A stretch of 64,000 nucleotides of DNA from Lama guanicoe. Taxonomy: Eukaryota. Below are positions 22,501-34,500 of the stretch, in pieces; the first letter of the stretch is position 1; every line of letters begins with the position of its first letter. Location of the stretch: contig MU054220.1 of assembly GCA_013239625.1 (NCBI GenBank), positions 2,541,374 through 2,605,373 on the forward strand. The letters are read 5' to 3'. The position numbers were made by a program, and so were the translations under genes. The notes under the pieces were generated by a model. That model saw only the letters and a program-made list of their open reading frames with translations. It searched no databases and had not been told where the DNA came from.

Positions 22501-25500
22501 CCGCACTTGTCCTCCTGTCTCCAGGGTCTCCCTTTTCCCCGGCATTCTTTATTCTAAGAGATTAGGCTCTAAAGTCATATTATTTGGATTCAAATCCTGG
22601 TCTTGATGCTCCTAGCTATGACTAAGTGCTCTCAAAGTGTGGGGGTGACTCATTAATGGGTTGTGAAATCAATTTCGCAGGTCACGACCAGAATTTAAGA
22701 AAAAAGAAAACAGAACAAAACAGAATAGAATAATATCAGAGCACACGGCACATAGGGAAGTGAAATAACCTGGTAAATTTTTTAGCTCAGTTATGTGCTT
22801 GTGTGTATCTGTGTATCTGGGAAGGGTGTAAAGTATATTTCCCAGAAACAAAACAGTCTGAAAAATACTGGTCTCAGTGATCCTGGGAAAGTTGATTAAC
22901 AATCTTTATGTTTCATTTCCTCCTCTGTACGGGGTGGTGGGGGATGATGATATTTCCTATCCACAAGGATTACTATGAGGATTAAACAAATTAATACATG
23001 TAAAGCACTTACAATAGTCCCTGGTACATAATAATTACTCAACAAACCTCTTATTATTAATAAAGTATCCAATGGCTGGTACATAGTGGGTGCTTGTTTT
23101 CTCTCTCTAAAGAATTCTGAATCTGTAAGGAAATGTTACTATTATTCATTCATTATTTACTGACTGAATGACTTTGATAGTGGGTTGGAAGAGATGGTGG
23201 AGGGGTTTGCTTCCGGCTCTGGGGTCCCCTCTGGTGAGTGGGTAAGGTCTGGCTTCCTGGGTCTGGAGTTGTTGACTTTCTGGCCTGGAATACTCAGAGC
23301 CTGACCCTGTCCAGAAGGCATGAGCAGAAAAGCCCCCTGTCTGAGAATAAGGTTCAGAGCCACCCGAGCATCTTTCTATGAGGGTAAGGGGATGATCACA
23401 TGCTCTGGAGTAACATAGACTTGCTTTTGACTCCTAGCTCACTCCTTGCTAAGTTACTTCACTTCTCTGGGCCTCAGTTTCCTCATCTGTAAGGGGGAAA
23501 TAAAAGTTCCCACTTCATAGTGTTGTCATGAGGATCAAATATTTGTTAGGTGCTTAATACCTCATAGGATTATTCAGATGAAGTGAGGAAATACATATAA
23601 CACGTGTATACATATAACATACATATACATATAACACTGAGAACATTGCCTAGTATGTAGTGACTGAATTGTTGGCCATTGTTATTATGCAAAGCCTAAC
23701 TCTGGGCCTGAGGTGAACTGAGCTTGAAGCTAATGTGGGGAGGTGGCTTCATCCTCCGCCGAGAACGAAGCACAGATCAGAGAATCCAGGATAAAATGAG
23801 TTCAGAAACCCATCGACCTAACTACTCTCTTTTTCCCAGTTTGCCAGAACTTACTATCAATAGCGGGCATTTTTCTTGTTTATGGTTTTAACTTTCCAAA
23901 GTGCTTTCATATGCATTGTCTTATTTAATCTTCACAATTACCTAAGGAGACAAGGAAGTTGCATATTCGCATTTGACACATAGGGAAACTGAGGCCCAGG
24001 GAGCCAAGGAGAACAGGGACAAGTCCACAGCCAGTCATTGCCCAGTCCTCCCAGCAGACATTCCCCTGATCAGGAATAAACTCCCTGAGGTAGGGTCTGG
24101 ATCTTGTTCACCTGCTGGGTCCCAGCCCCTGGTGCATGACACTCAACAACTATTGGTGGAGTGACCTGGCCTTGTACCCCACAAGGCAATGCCATCAGCA
24201 TGTCAATGCCTGGGGTGATGCAGTACCAGGAAGTCAGAGGCCTCAGCAAAACTAGTCTCTAAAAATAACTGTGATCCCAGCTGAAGGCCATTTACAGGGA
24301 GCAATGCCCCCCAACCACACAGCCTGGACTCTGCCAGCCACAGCCTCAGCAGAGTCTGGGCTGGCCAGCCCAGCTGGGGGTGCTCTCTCTCTCTCAGGGT
24401 CTCTCCAAGGCCTAGTGTGGGGCCCAGAGGGAAGGGGGGTTGCAAAGAGTCCAGTGAGTCAGCTGCTAAGGTATTTCTCCAGCAGCTGCTTCTCAGGCGA
24501 TAAGTGTTTGCCAATCCCTTTCCCGGGGCCTGGGAGAGGATAGAAGTTTCTTCTAGTCTGGATCGGGGTCTCTAAAGGACTTGGCTCCAGGCAGATGAGC
24601 TAGGTCCTTCTCAGAGACCCCTGGTGGGGTGCCCATAGGAACCTGCTGAGGGAGCTCAGTTGGCCCCTCTTTGTGAGCAGCCCCCACCCCACCTGCTGGA
24701 AACCAGAGCCAAGGCCCAGCAGGACAGAGCCTCCAGTTGGTGGGAGCCAAGTGGAAGGGGAGGGCAGCCAAGGGGCAGGCAGGGTGGGTGTGGGGGACAC
24801 TCAAAGAACCCAGTCCTCCTTGCTAGGGGCTTCCCTGTGTGCTGGGTGGACCTCTGGTGGCAACAGTAGGTATATCCCATCACCCCCAGGCCCACCTCCT
24901 GCTCAGGGAGCATGCCAGAGGGCCTCTCTTTATAGAGCTTTGTAGCCCTGCTTCTATCTGATGCCTGGTCTCCCAGAGCAGCTCAGTTATGGTTGGTTTA
25001 GACCATCAATTTAGAGGCAAAAGGGACCTGAGAAAGGCCATGGTCCACACCCCTTCCTCCTCATTTGCTAATGAGGAAACTGAGGTCCAGAGAGGGAAAG
25101 CCACCTATAAGGGTCACACAGTGAGTTGGTGATGTTGAGGGAGGGGCTCTCCGCAGCTCTGGGGCTGCAGAGGAATGTGGAGCAACTTCTCCTTTCTGTT
25201 CTCTCTTCTTCCTCTACCCCACCCCCACCCCTGGAAAGCCCACTCTGGAGATCTCAGGCCTCCTCAACTCCAGCAGGGTCCCTTGTTCCACCCCTCAGCC
25301 CCTCAAAACCACACTCAGCTCTTCCTCCAGTTCACACAGAAAAAGTTAAGGTTTCAGACTATCTGATGGAAATTATTGGGGATGGGAGGCAGGATTCTAT
25401 AAGCGGCAGGGAGTCGTGGTCAACGTTCTGAGGGGGAAAGGGTTCTACTGGGGGTGAGCATTCTATGGGGGTGCCTTTTCAGGCAACTGGGGTGGGAAGC

Positions 25501-28500
25501 CAGAGAAGGAATTATTATGATTTGTTTCCCTCCTTGTTAAAGACTTTTTCCTACAGTCTTGCCAACATAAGCTCCTTCTCGGCTGCCACGCGCAGCCGGC
25601 GCCGGCTCCACTCTCTTGGACCAAAGGTCCAGAGCTCTCAGGCTTGCAGCCCCGCGCACCACTTCCCCTAAGTAGCTTCTCCTCCCGGAGCCGGATCTCA
25701 GTCACCGGCCCTTTAAATTTAAAGAAGGACGGGGTCCTGCCAGCCGAACGAGGCCCAAGAGGTTAACACCAGCGCCCTGGGGGCCGCGCCGCGCCGGAAT
25801 CCGGCCTGCTCATTGGTCGGATCCACTGAGCTCGTGGCCAGTGGGAGGAGGCTGCGAGAAGCCCGCCGCAAGAGCCGCGGGGCGGGAGCCAGAGGAGCGC
25901 CGAGCTCGCGTTGGGGAGGGTGTGCAGTCTTGACAGACGGAGCGGGCACGGAAAGGGCAGAGTGTACCGGGCCTGGCCTTGTGTCCCTTTCTGCACCTGG
26001 GCCAGAGGCAGAAATGGCCCCTTTGAGCTTCCAGGTGGGCCTGGCAGTCCCATGGTGATTTAAAGTCTTTTATTAGTTGCGTGGCCCTGACCCCGCAGGG
26101 TAAATGGAGAGGGAGGGTCTTCTCAGATATTCCCAGCTCGAAGGCAAGGCCCGGCCCCAGTCCTTAACGTCCCTCCGTGGCTCGTCCAGCTCAGCTCCTT
26201 CCTCCCCTCCTCGAATAATCCTACCTTAGGGCGCAATGATGGGGCAGCCGGGGTCTCTGCCCCTGGCAGAGGGAGGCGGGACATTGCTGGGCGGCAATAG
26301 GGCCTCTGAAGCTCCTCTCAGTTCTACTTCCCTGATTCCTCCCTGGAGGTCAATGTGGAGAGAGGGAAAAGCGCTGGGGGTGCGGCTGTCAGCTGAGGGT
26401 GTGTGTGGGAAAGAGGTTCTCCCCACCTGCCGCAGCCTCAGAGTGCCCCCTTCCCTCAGGCTGCTAGCCCCTCAGAGCCTGCACCCCCATCCCTGGCTTC
26501 TGCCCCTCCCCTGGTCCAGGCTGATTCAGTCTGTCTTTGGGGAAAAGAGGGAGGAAACCGGAGTGGGTCCAGGCTGAGCTGTGGGATAAGGAGTGGGGGG
26601 AATGCCGAGCCCGGACATTCCTTCCGAGAGAGTGAGCTCTGGGAGTGTTGGGAGGAGAGTCCTCTTTCATTTCCCCCTTCCCCTCCCCCGCAGGCTGCCA
26701 GGACGGTTACTTGCCTCGTGGTCACTAGAAAATTGCCCCCATTTCAAGCTGTAGGGCCACCAGTCTGAGTCACTGCTGTGCCCTGAGTATGTGTGTATGT
26801 GTAAGGGGGGGAGGGGGAGGGTCAACAGAGAACGGGGTAGGGGGGGCCTGGGGAAGGGAGGTGGGCCCCTGGGTACCCAGTTGTCAGACAGGCCTTTCCT
26901 GTCCTTAAGAATCACCATCCCAGCATTTGGGGGGGAAGATCCAGGCATCTTCCCAGAGCTAGGCTTGAAGGCTGTCCTGTGAAGGAAAAAAGGCCCTGGA
27001 CTCAAACTCAGGAGGCCCCAGTTGGAGATCCAGCTGTTCTCTGAGACCTGGGCAGGGGCAGGTGGTGCCTCCTTTCCAGGCCTGTTTCCTCATCCATTAT
27101 AGTCTGTGTTCCTACTGAGGCAGGGGCGGCAGGCACAGGGTGAAGTGGACTAGTCCTCAGAAAGTGGGCTCTTTTCCTCTGCCCTGGCCTCTCTGGGGAC
27201 TGCAAAGAGACAGGAGCCAGTTTTCCCCATCCCTGGAGCCAGCCCCTCCCTGATCCTTCCTGGCAGGGCATGGGGGTGAAGGGGAGCACATTGTTCCAAC
27301 CTCCAACCTCACTCTCATCCCCCATTCCCCACAGGCCCGGGCAAGGCGGCTGCTGAGGTTTCATATTTTCCCCCTACCGAACTCTTTACCACAGAGCCCA
27401 AGTCCAAATAAGCAGAAATGCTTCCGTGTGTGTGTGCGCGCGCGCATGTGCGTGTGCATACATGCGCACGCTATACAGATGTGGGCTCTGAGGTTCCTTT
27501 TTACACAGGGAAACATCACATCTCTGACACCACACAATGTGAGATCCCCGCCCCATGGACACATTCAGATGGTTCCATACACAGCCTGGCACAGGTGCTG
27601 TTGTGCATATACACTCTCCTGGGCTCACACAGGCTGACACTGGCAGGCGCTAACACAGACCCAACAAGAACACACTCCTCAGATGTGATTAGATAGACAC
27701 AGACACTCATGGGCACACACATACATGCAGTCACCCCAGACATGGTCACGGTCACAGACACGGTCATGCACACTCTCACATGAACATACACAACATCTCA
27801 CAACAAACATCACAGAACTGACTGCTGACTGTGCCAAGCCACATGCCTGAGTCATATGACCCCCAGCGAGGGAGCGCTGGGAGTCCCAGGCTCGCCTGGG
27901 GCTGAGACAGTGAGGGCTGGGACTAGAGGACTGGGCACCATAGGGAAGGAGCTTTTCTGTGCCTGTGTTCTGGAGAAGAGAAGGGAGAGAGGAAAGGGCA
28001 GGCTGGCACCCACCACAGGCTGGTTCTCTGCAGAGCAGGGTCTACGTACATTCTCTGCAGCCCCCAACCCTGTTAGTCTGGCCCTGTAGTTCCCCCTCCT
28101 AAAACTGTGGTAACCCTTCCCTGGCCAGGCCACAGGTCCCTCAAGAAAGTAGAGAGCAGGCCTGCAGCTTCCCGGCCAGCCCCTGGCATCTTCTGACCCA
28201 TGTGCCGTGGCCCAACCCTGGGGTGGGTGCCAGGTACCGTCTGGGCAGGAGGAAGTGATGGCAGTTAGTGCCGCCGCCCAGGGCTAGGATTAGCTGTGAC
28301 TGGCATTACTGAGGGCACAGCAGCCCACGGTCTGGCTGCTGGAGATGTTGGTCCATAGGCAGTGGCCAAAGGATCCCTGTGGGACAATTCAGGACACTGG
28401 AGACTAAGTGCCAGGGCTGGTGCTGGGGCCCTCTGGAGAATAAGGGCATCAAATCCCATCCATTTACTCATCACTCATGTATTTGTTCAGTGTTTCCGGA

Positions 28501-31500
28501 GGACCTACTGTGTGCCCAACCCTGTGGATACAGAGATGAACAAAGCCCAGTTCTTCCTCACAACAGGCGTTTTGACTAGTGATGTGACCACCCATTTATG
28601 AAGGTAGGTCCAAGGCTTGAACTCTGATCTGTCTCCAGAACATTCTCCACCTTGCATCAAGAGGGATCTTCTAACAGAAATATGACTATGTGACTCCCCT
28701 GCTCAGTATCTACTGATGACTCCCTACTGCCCTGAGGATAGTTTCCAAGTTCCTTGGTATAGTAGGAAATGATCCAGCCATGTTGCTGCTATGTCATACT
28801 GTGTCCAGTTCTCATCGGTGTCTCCAAAGCCTAGCACTGGTCCCAGCACATGGTAGGTGCTCAGATGTTTGCTGAATGACTGACTGACTGAATGAGTGGG
28901 TGAATGAAGGAATGTGCCAGTGAGCAAATGGACTGAGGCCTTTTTTTTCTGTAGCTGAGCCTCCAGGAATGACTGCCCTGAATTCCGCTTGGATGCCAGC
29001 TTGCTCCTGCTCCAGGCAGAGTTTCCATGAGGCTGGACGCCTTCCCTCGGCTCCTCCCTAGTGGGGCCTGTTGTACCCATTTTCCAGGTTGTTCTTCCCC
29101 GGGGCCTTTTTGCTTTTTAGCCCCAGCCAGACTAGGTACTCGGGGACCACAGCCTCTGACTCAGGGCTGGAGGGACTGTCCCCAGGCTTAGGCCAGGCCC
29201 AAGAGTATAAACAGAGCCCAGTGGCCAACCGGCCAAGCTGCTCTCCCAGCCCCTGGCCAGCTGGAAGGCCATCCTGGGCTGGAGCCTGCCACCAGGCTCT
29301 GGCTGGAATTCCCTTGGCCTCTTCCCTCTCCTCTGTGCACTCAGCATTTGGCCTCTGGCTTCCTCAGCGGTCCCGGCCTGTCTGAGTTGTCCTCAGGTTT
29401 TATTTTTGGAAGAAGTCGCATTCTCTCTCCTTATTTACTCCCTTCCTTCAGGGAAGGTGTGGGACCCCTGGGCTCAGCTGGGGATCAGGCTGTGACTCCA
29501 GCCCCTGGGGTCTGGACTTCTCTGGGGTTCCAAGGGAGGGGACCTCCAAAGATTCCTGATCCATCTGATGCTTCAAAGCCAGCTGCCTCTGCCTTCCTTC
29601 CCCCACCCAGTGTGTGACTAATGCCTGCCCCTGTCCTTCTTGAAGAGCCCCACAATAGCCAAGAGAAATCATTACAATTTTAGAGCTGAAAGGAATTCTG
29701 GTGTCATTAGGTCCAACCCCTTTTACTTGTAGAGGCAATATAGTTCAATGGTTGTGAGCAAGAGAGGCAGACAGACCCTGTTCTAATCCTGCCTCTGATA
29801 CCTACTGTGTAGCCTTGGGCAAGTTACTTAAGCTCTCTGAACCTCCATCTCAGCTATAAAATAGGCTTACTAATATCTACCCAACCTGTGTGGTTGCTGT
29901 GAGAATTAAGTGAGATAAATTTGTAAAGTGCTTTGTATGATGTAGGACACGTAGAAGTCTCTCTTCAAATGTAACTACTACTACTACTGTATTTTTTTTT
30001 TTTTTACAGAAAAGAAAACTGAGAGCCAGGGAAGGGAGTGGACTTGCCCAGGATCACACAGCTCAAGGTAAGCTATTCCCAGAGTTCTTCCTCTCTGTCT
30101 ATCTCCCTTCCAAGGAGACAGGAGGAGGCAGGCATCAGCCCAAAGGAGGAATCTCCTGTAGTCAGTCGCATGGGCAAACCCCTGGGTCTTCCATGTCTGC
30201 CTCCTGCATCCGGCCCCAGCCTGCTCTGACTCAGGCATTTCCTCCACTGCTGCAGGGGCTTATTTTTTGCTCAGTTGGGGTGAGAAGTCCAGGGTAGAGT
30301 CCCCAGCACTCAGCCCCAAGGTGGACCCCAGGCCAGTAAGACTCTGCAAGGAGGGGGGAATGCTGGGTCCTGACATCACAGAGAGGAGAAGCTGGAGCCA
30401 CAGCCATGCAGGCCAGCTGGGGCCCTTCCAGCACATCCAGATGTCTCAGGAATGTGCTGAGCTGGGAACTACCTCTCTCCTTCCCTCACCACCCCCAACC
30501 CCTCATCCCCTCAGATGCTTGCTCAAGCTCTGCCTCTGCCCCACCCCCTACCCTTCCTCCTTCATCTCTCCCTGGGAGGGCCTTGTGTCCACTGTCCCTC
30601 TGGTACCTTGCCACAGTTCAGCTCCCTCTCAGACCTCTGAAGGGGTCACCGAAGCCAAGAGCTCTTCCCCTTCCGCAGACCCCATGGGCTGATCATGAAG
30701 GGTGGGGGGAGATGGAAGCCTGAGCTAACTGGGAGGGGAAAGTTCTGAGCAGATAGTGCATGCCAGATCCCAAATGTGGAACTGATTTGCAGCCCTGGGA
30801 GAGGAAGGGGTGAAGACTGTGGAGTGGTAGAGGGTTGGGCCTCTTCTCCTGGAGGATGATGAAAGGGGCTCTGGATATCTTGTCCCAGCTGATGGGTTGT
30901 GAGGTGCCAGGCTGGGCTGGACTCAGAGTGAGGGCTCAGATCCTTCTAGGCCTCTGGAGTCAATAGGATCACACTTTGCTTGATAGTGGACAGTCCTGTG
31001 CTGCATGAGGGGGTGAGGGAACCCCATTAGGGCCTGGGGTTTGGGCCAGGAGGCAGGACATGGTTCAGACCAGAGCTCTCAGCCCCAGAGAGGGACAGCT
31101 TGTCCCTCTGCAAGGGTGGAGTTGCTTTGGGCCTCCCAAGGCCAGCCTGGCCCTGAGTGCTGGGGTTGAAAGAGCCAGAAGGGAATTGGAACTCCAGGCC
31201 CAGTGTGAGAGTCACTGGAAATCAGAAAAGGGAAAGGACCAGGGTCAGCTGCTGCCACTGGCTGCTCTCTTGGGGGAGAGGTCCTGGTCATCCTGACAGG
31301 CTGGCATCTGGGATACCCTAATGGATTCTAGACCTCCTAGCAGAGAGACAGTTCAGAGGAGCTGGGACCACCACTTTGTCCAGCTCAGAACTATCACTGG
31401 CTCCCTCCTACCTGCTAAAAAACTCCCAGCTCCTAAGCACAGCATTCAGGGTCTGTCACAACAGATTTCAGCTTCCCACTAGAGCTGGAACCCCTCATCT

Positions 31501-34500
31501 TTCCATTCCCTTTAGCCTGTTGGATGACTGCTCCCAGCTCCTTAGACCTGCTGCCTTCTTCATGGCTGCAGGGCCTTTGCTTGTACCATTCCCTGTGCCT
31601 GGAAGGCCTTTGCCCTATATCTCCTTATTCTAACTCCTGTCATCCTTTAAGGCCCAATTCAAATGCCGCTTCCTCTAGGAAGCCTTCTTTGACCACCCAG
31701 CTGGAAGAGTCCTCTCCACATTATACCACCGTAGCATTTATAGATGGTTAGGTCACTGATTAATACCAAGCCTTAATCTCTAATTATCCCCACAAGAGGA
31801 CTCATCTCTCCTTATAAACGTTAACCACCTTGAAGATAGGATATAGGATAGATTTCATCCTTTAGCCATCTGCAGGGCCTTATATAGGGCCTGGCATATA
31901 GTATACCTCATGGTAATGATCATAATAATAGCTAACATTTATATACCAGACACTGTTCTAGCTCCTTCCATGTAGTATCTCATTTAAGTTTCAGAAGAGA
32001 AGGTACGTACTATTAGTACTGCCATTTACTGGCTGAGGAAACTGAGGCACAGAGAAGTTAAGTAGCTTACCCAGTTCATTCAGTTAGCCAGTGATTGAGC
32101 CAGGATTTGTGCCAGGATTTGTTGAAAGAACATCCAGAGTTGACCCATCCCAGGACCTAGTATAGGGCCAGATATAAAATATGGGCCCCTGTTCCATGCC
32201 TTGGGTCCTCATCTGGGGCCCCAGGTTTGCTCATCCTTGGCCAGCCCTCTCCTGATGCTCAGAAAGACAGAACCCTTAGAAGGTGCCTGGGGTCTTTTTC
32301 CTTTACCCAAAGAAAACAGACTTTCAGCTCCAGAAAGGCCAAACAGATAGGCAAATAAAATCCCTATGATCAGGGCTCAGCAAAGGGACGAAGATGGGAC
32401 ATTCTTCCAAGGACTGTCCAATGCTGGGGACCTTCCTTTCAGGCAATGACAACAACAGTCAGAATAAAAATAGCAGCAGCAACTACTATTTATAGAAGTA
32501 CTTACCTTGTGCCTTACACTGTGCTAGGTTCTCTGCAAGGGTTCTCTCTCTTTTTTTTTCTCCAATTTTTTTGGGGGGAGGTAGTTAGGTTTATTTATTT
32601 AATTATTTTAATGGAGGTACTGGGAATTGAACTCAGGACCTCCCGCATGCTAAGCATGTACTCTAACCACTGAGCCATGCCCTCCCCACAAGGATTCTCT
32701 AATTGAATCCTTGTAAGAACCCATGTTCTATGGTCATCCTCACTTTATGGATGAGGAAAATGAGCTCAGAGAGGTTAAGGCACCTGTCCAAGCTCACACA
32801 GATGACAAGTGGTGAGAGCCATTTGCTCCCATGTCTGGGCAGGGCTAAAGCCGGCCACTGATGGTCTCCCCACCCCACCTAAAGTACAGCTTGGCTCCCC
32901 AGGGCTTGTCGAGGTATCTGTCATCTGGCCTGTAAATTTGCTGTCTGGTCAGGTGGGGTCTGGGAGTAGGCACCAGGTCTCAGAATTCCTATTCAGAATC
33001 TGCCCAGTGGGAGTGGATTTAGAGTCTAGAGCTCAACTTTTCCACAACCTTATGCAGCGTTGAGCATCCAGGATATTAAGAGCTGGGTAGTGAGTACCCA
33101 GGTATCCATTTTATTATGCTTTGTAATTCATATACATGCATTATATATATTCTTTTATGTGCACAATATATTTCATAATAGAAAAGACCATCATGATAGA
33201 GTGAAAGGTAGATGTGAGATTTAGGTTAAGATTCACTATTTGATAGATAAATAAAATCCACTTAAAAAAAGAAAATTCCCCTCAAAGCTGGGAGTGTGGA
33301 AGAGTCCTTTCTCCCATTATCCATCCACCCACCCATTCATCCATCCATCACTCCTCCTCACTCCTTCCCTCTTTCCTTCCATCTATTCAATAAGTAGACC
33401 TTTCCTGAGCACTCAGTCACTATAGCTACAACCAGGGAATAGACAGAAGTAACTGCCTGACACTCCCTGCCTTCAAAGCACTCTCAGTCTAATTCAGCAA
33501 TGAGGAAACCTAGGCCTAGAAAGGGGAAGCAATTTGCCCAAGGTCACACAGCAAGTTAGGGAGATGAGGTGAGGAGAGGTGAGGACATTATAGGCAGAGG
33601 GGAACACGTGGGGAATGGCTTGGGCCTGTCTGCCTCCCAAGCAAGCCCCCTCAGTCTCTGCTTTAAAACTGCCTCCTGGCTCTCCGTGAGGGCCTGAAGA
33701 GCCTGCCTTATTCCACTGCTGCTCTCATTTTTGTTATTCTTTTGGAAGGGGAAGAGGGGGACAGCTGCTGCTGTCCAGCTGTTCTGGCGGACCACACAGC
33801 CCAGCCCAGATGTGTCAGCCACTCTGTGATGGGTGAAATGGCTCCTGGGCCAAGAGCCAGGGGCCAGGGAAGCCGCAGCAAGGGCTCTGTCCCGGGAAAG
33901 CTGGGAGAGGAGGCACGTTGAACCTGGCGGCAGGGAAGCCCAGTGTTGTGCCAGCTGTCAAGTTGGCCTTGCTGATGGTATGGTATGTCCAGGTCATGGC
34001 TATCAGGAACTTTGACATTCCAAGGAAATCACCTCTCATATATTTTCTCTTGTGGTCAGACTTCTGGGCCATATCTTGTCCCTCCCAACTTCCCCTGTAC
34101 CAGACACCCTTGTGCCTACTTTCTCCCTAGTCCTGCTCAAGGGTTCTACCACTTACTCTGCCTGCTCAAGTGGGTTACATCGTGTTCCAGCAATGCTTAT
34201 GGTCTTGACTTAACTCCACCCAAATCTTCCTTCTCCATCCTGTCCCCTGGAATGCCAAGACTTCCAGAAGAACAGCATGTTCTCCAGCATCTGGAGCTGG
34301 TTTCTTGGGGGAAGTTCAGGGGCAAGCTAGGTCCCAGAGAGGGATGCTCTGAGAGGGCTTTGGTACCAGGACTTGCAGGAGGCACATCATATGGGGAAGG
34401 AAAGATGCAAACGGAGGCTGTCTTTCATCCTCCCCTCTCTTGGCACAGTAGACATAAACAGATCCTCCCGAGGAGTCCTGGGAGCTGCAGAGAACAAAGG

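Noticed and set aside
32099..32122. Short tandem duplications (GCCAGGATTTGT x2; similar cases near 1558 and 62204)
   Set aside because: Ordinary slippage duplications with only two copies; no array or CRISPR-like structure.
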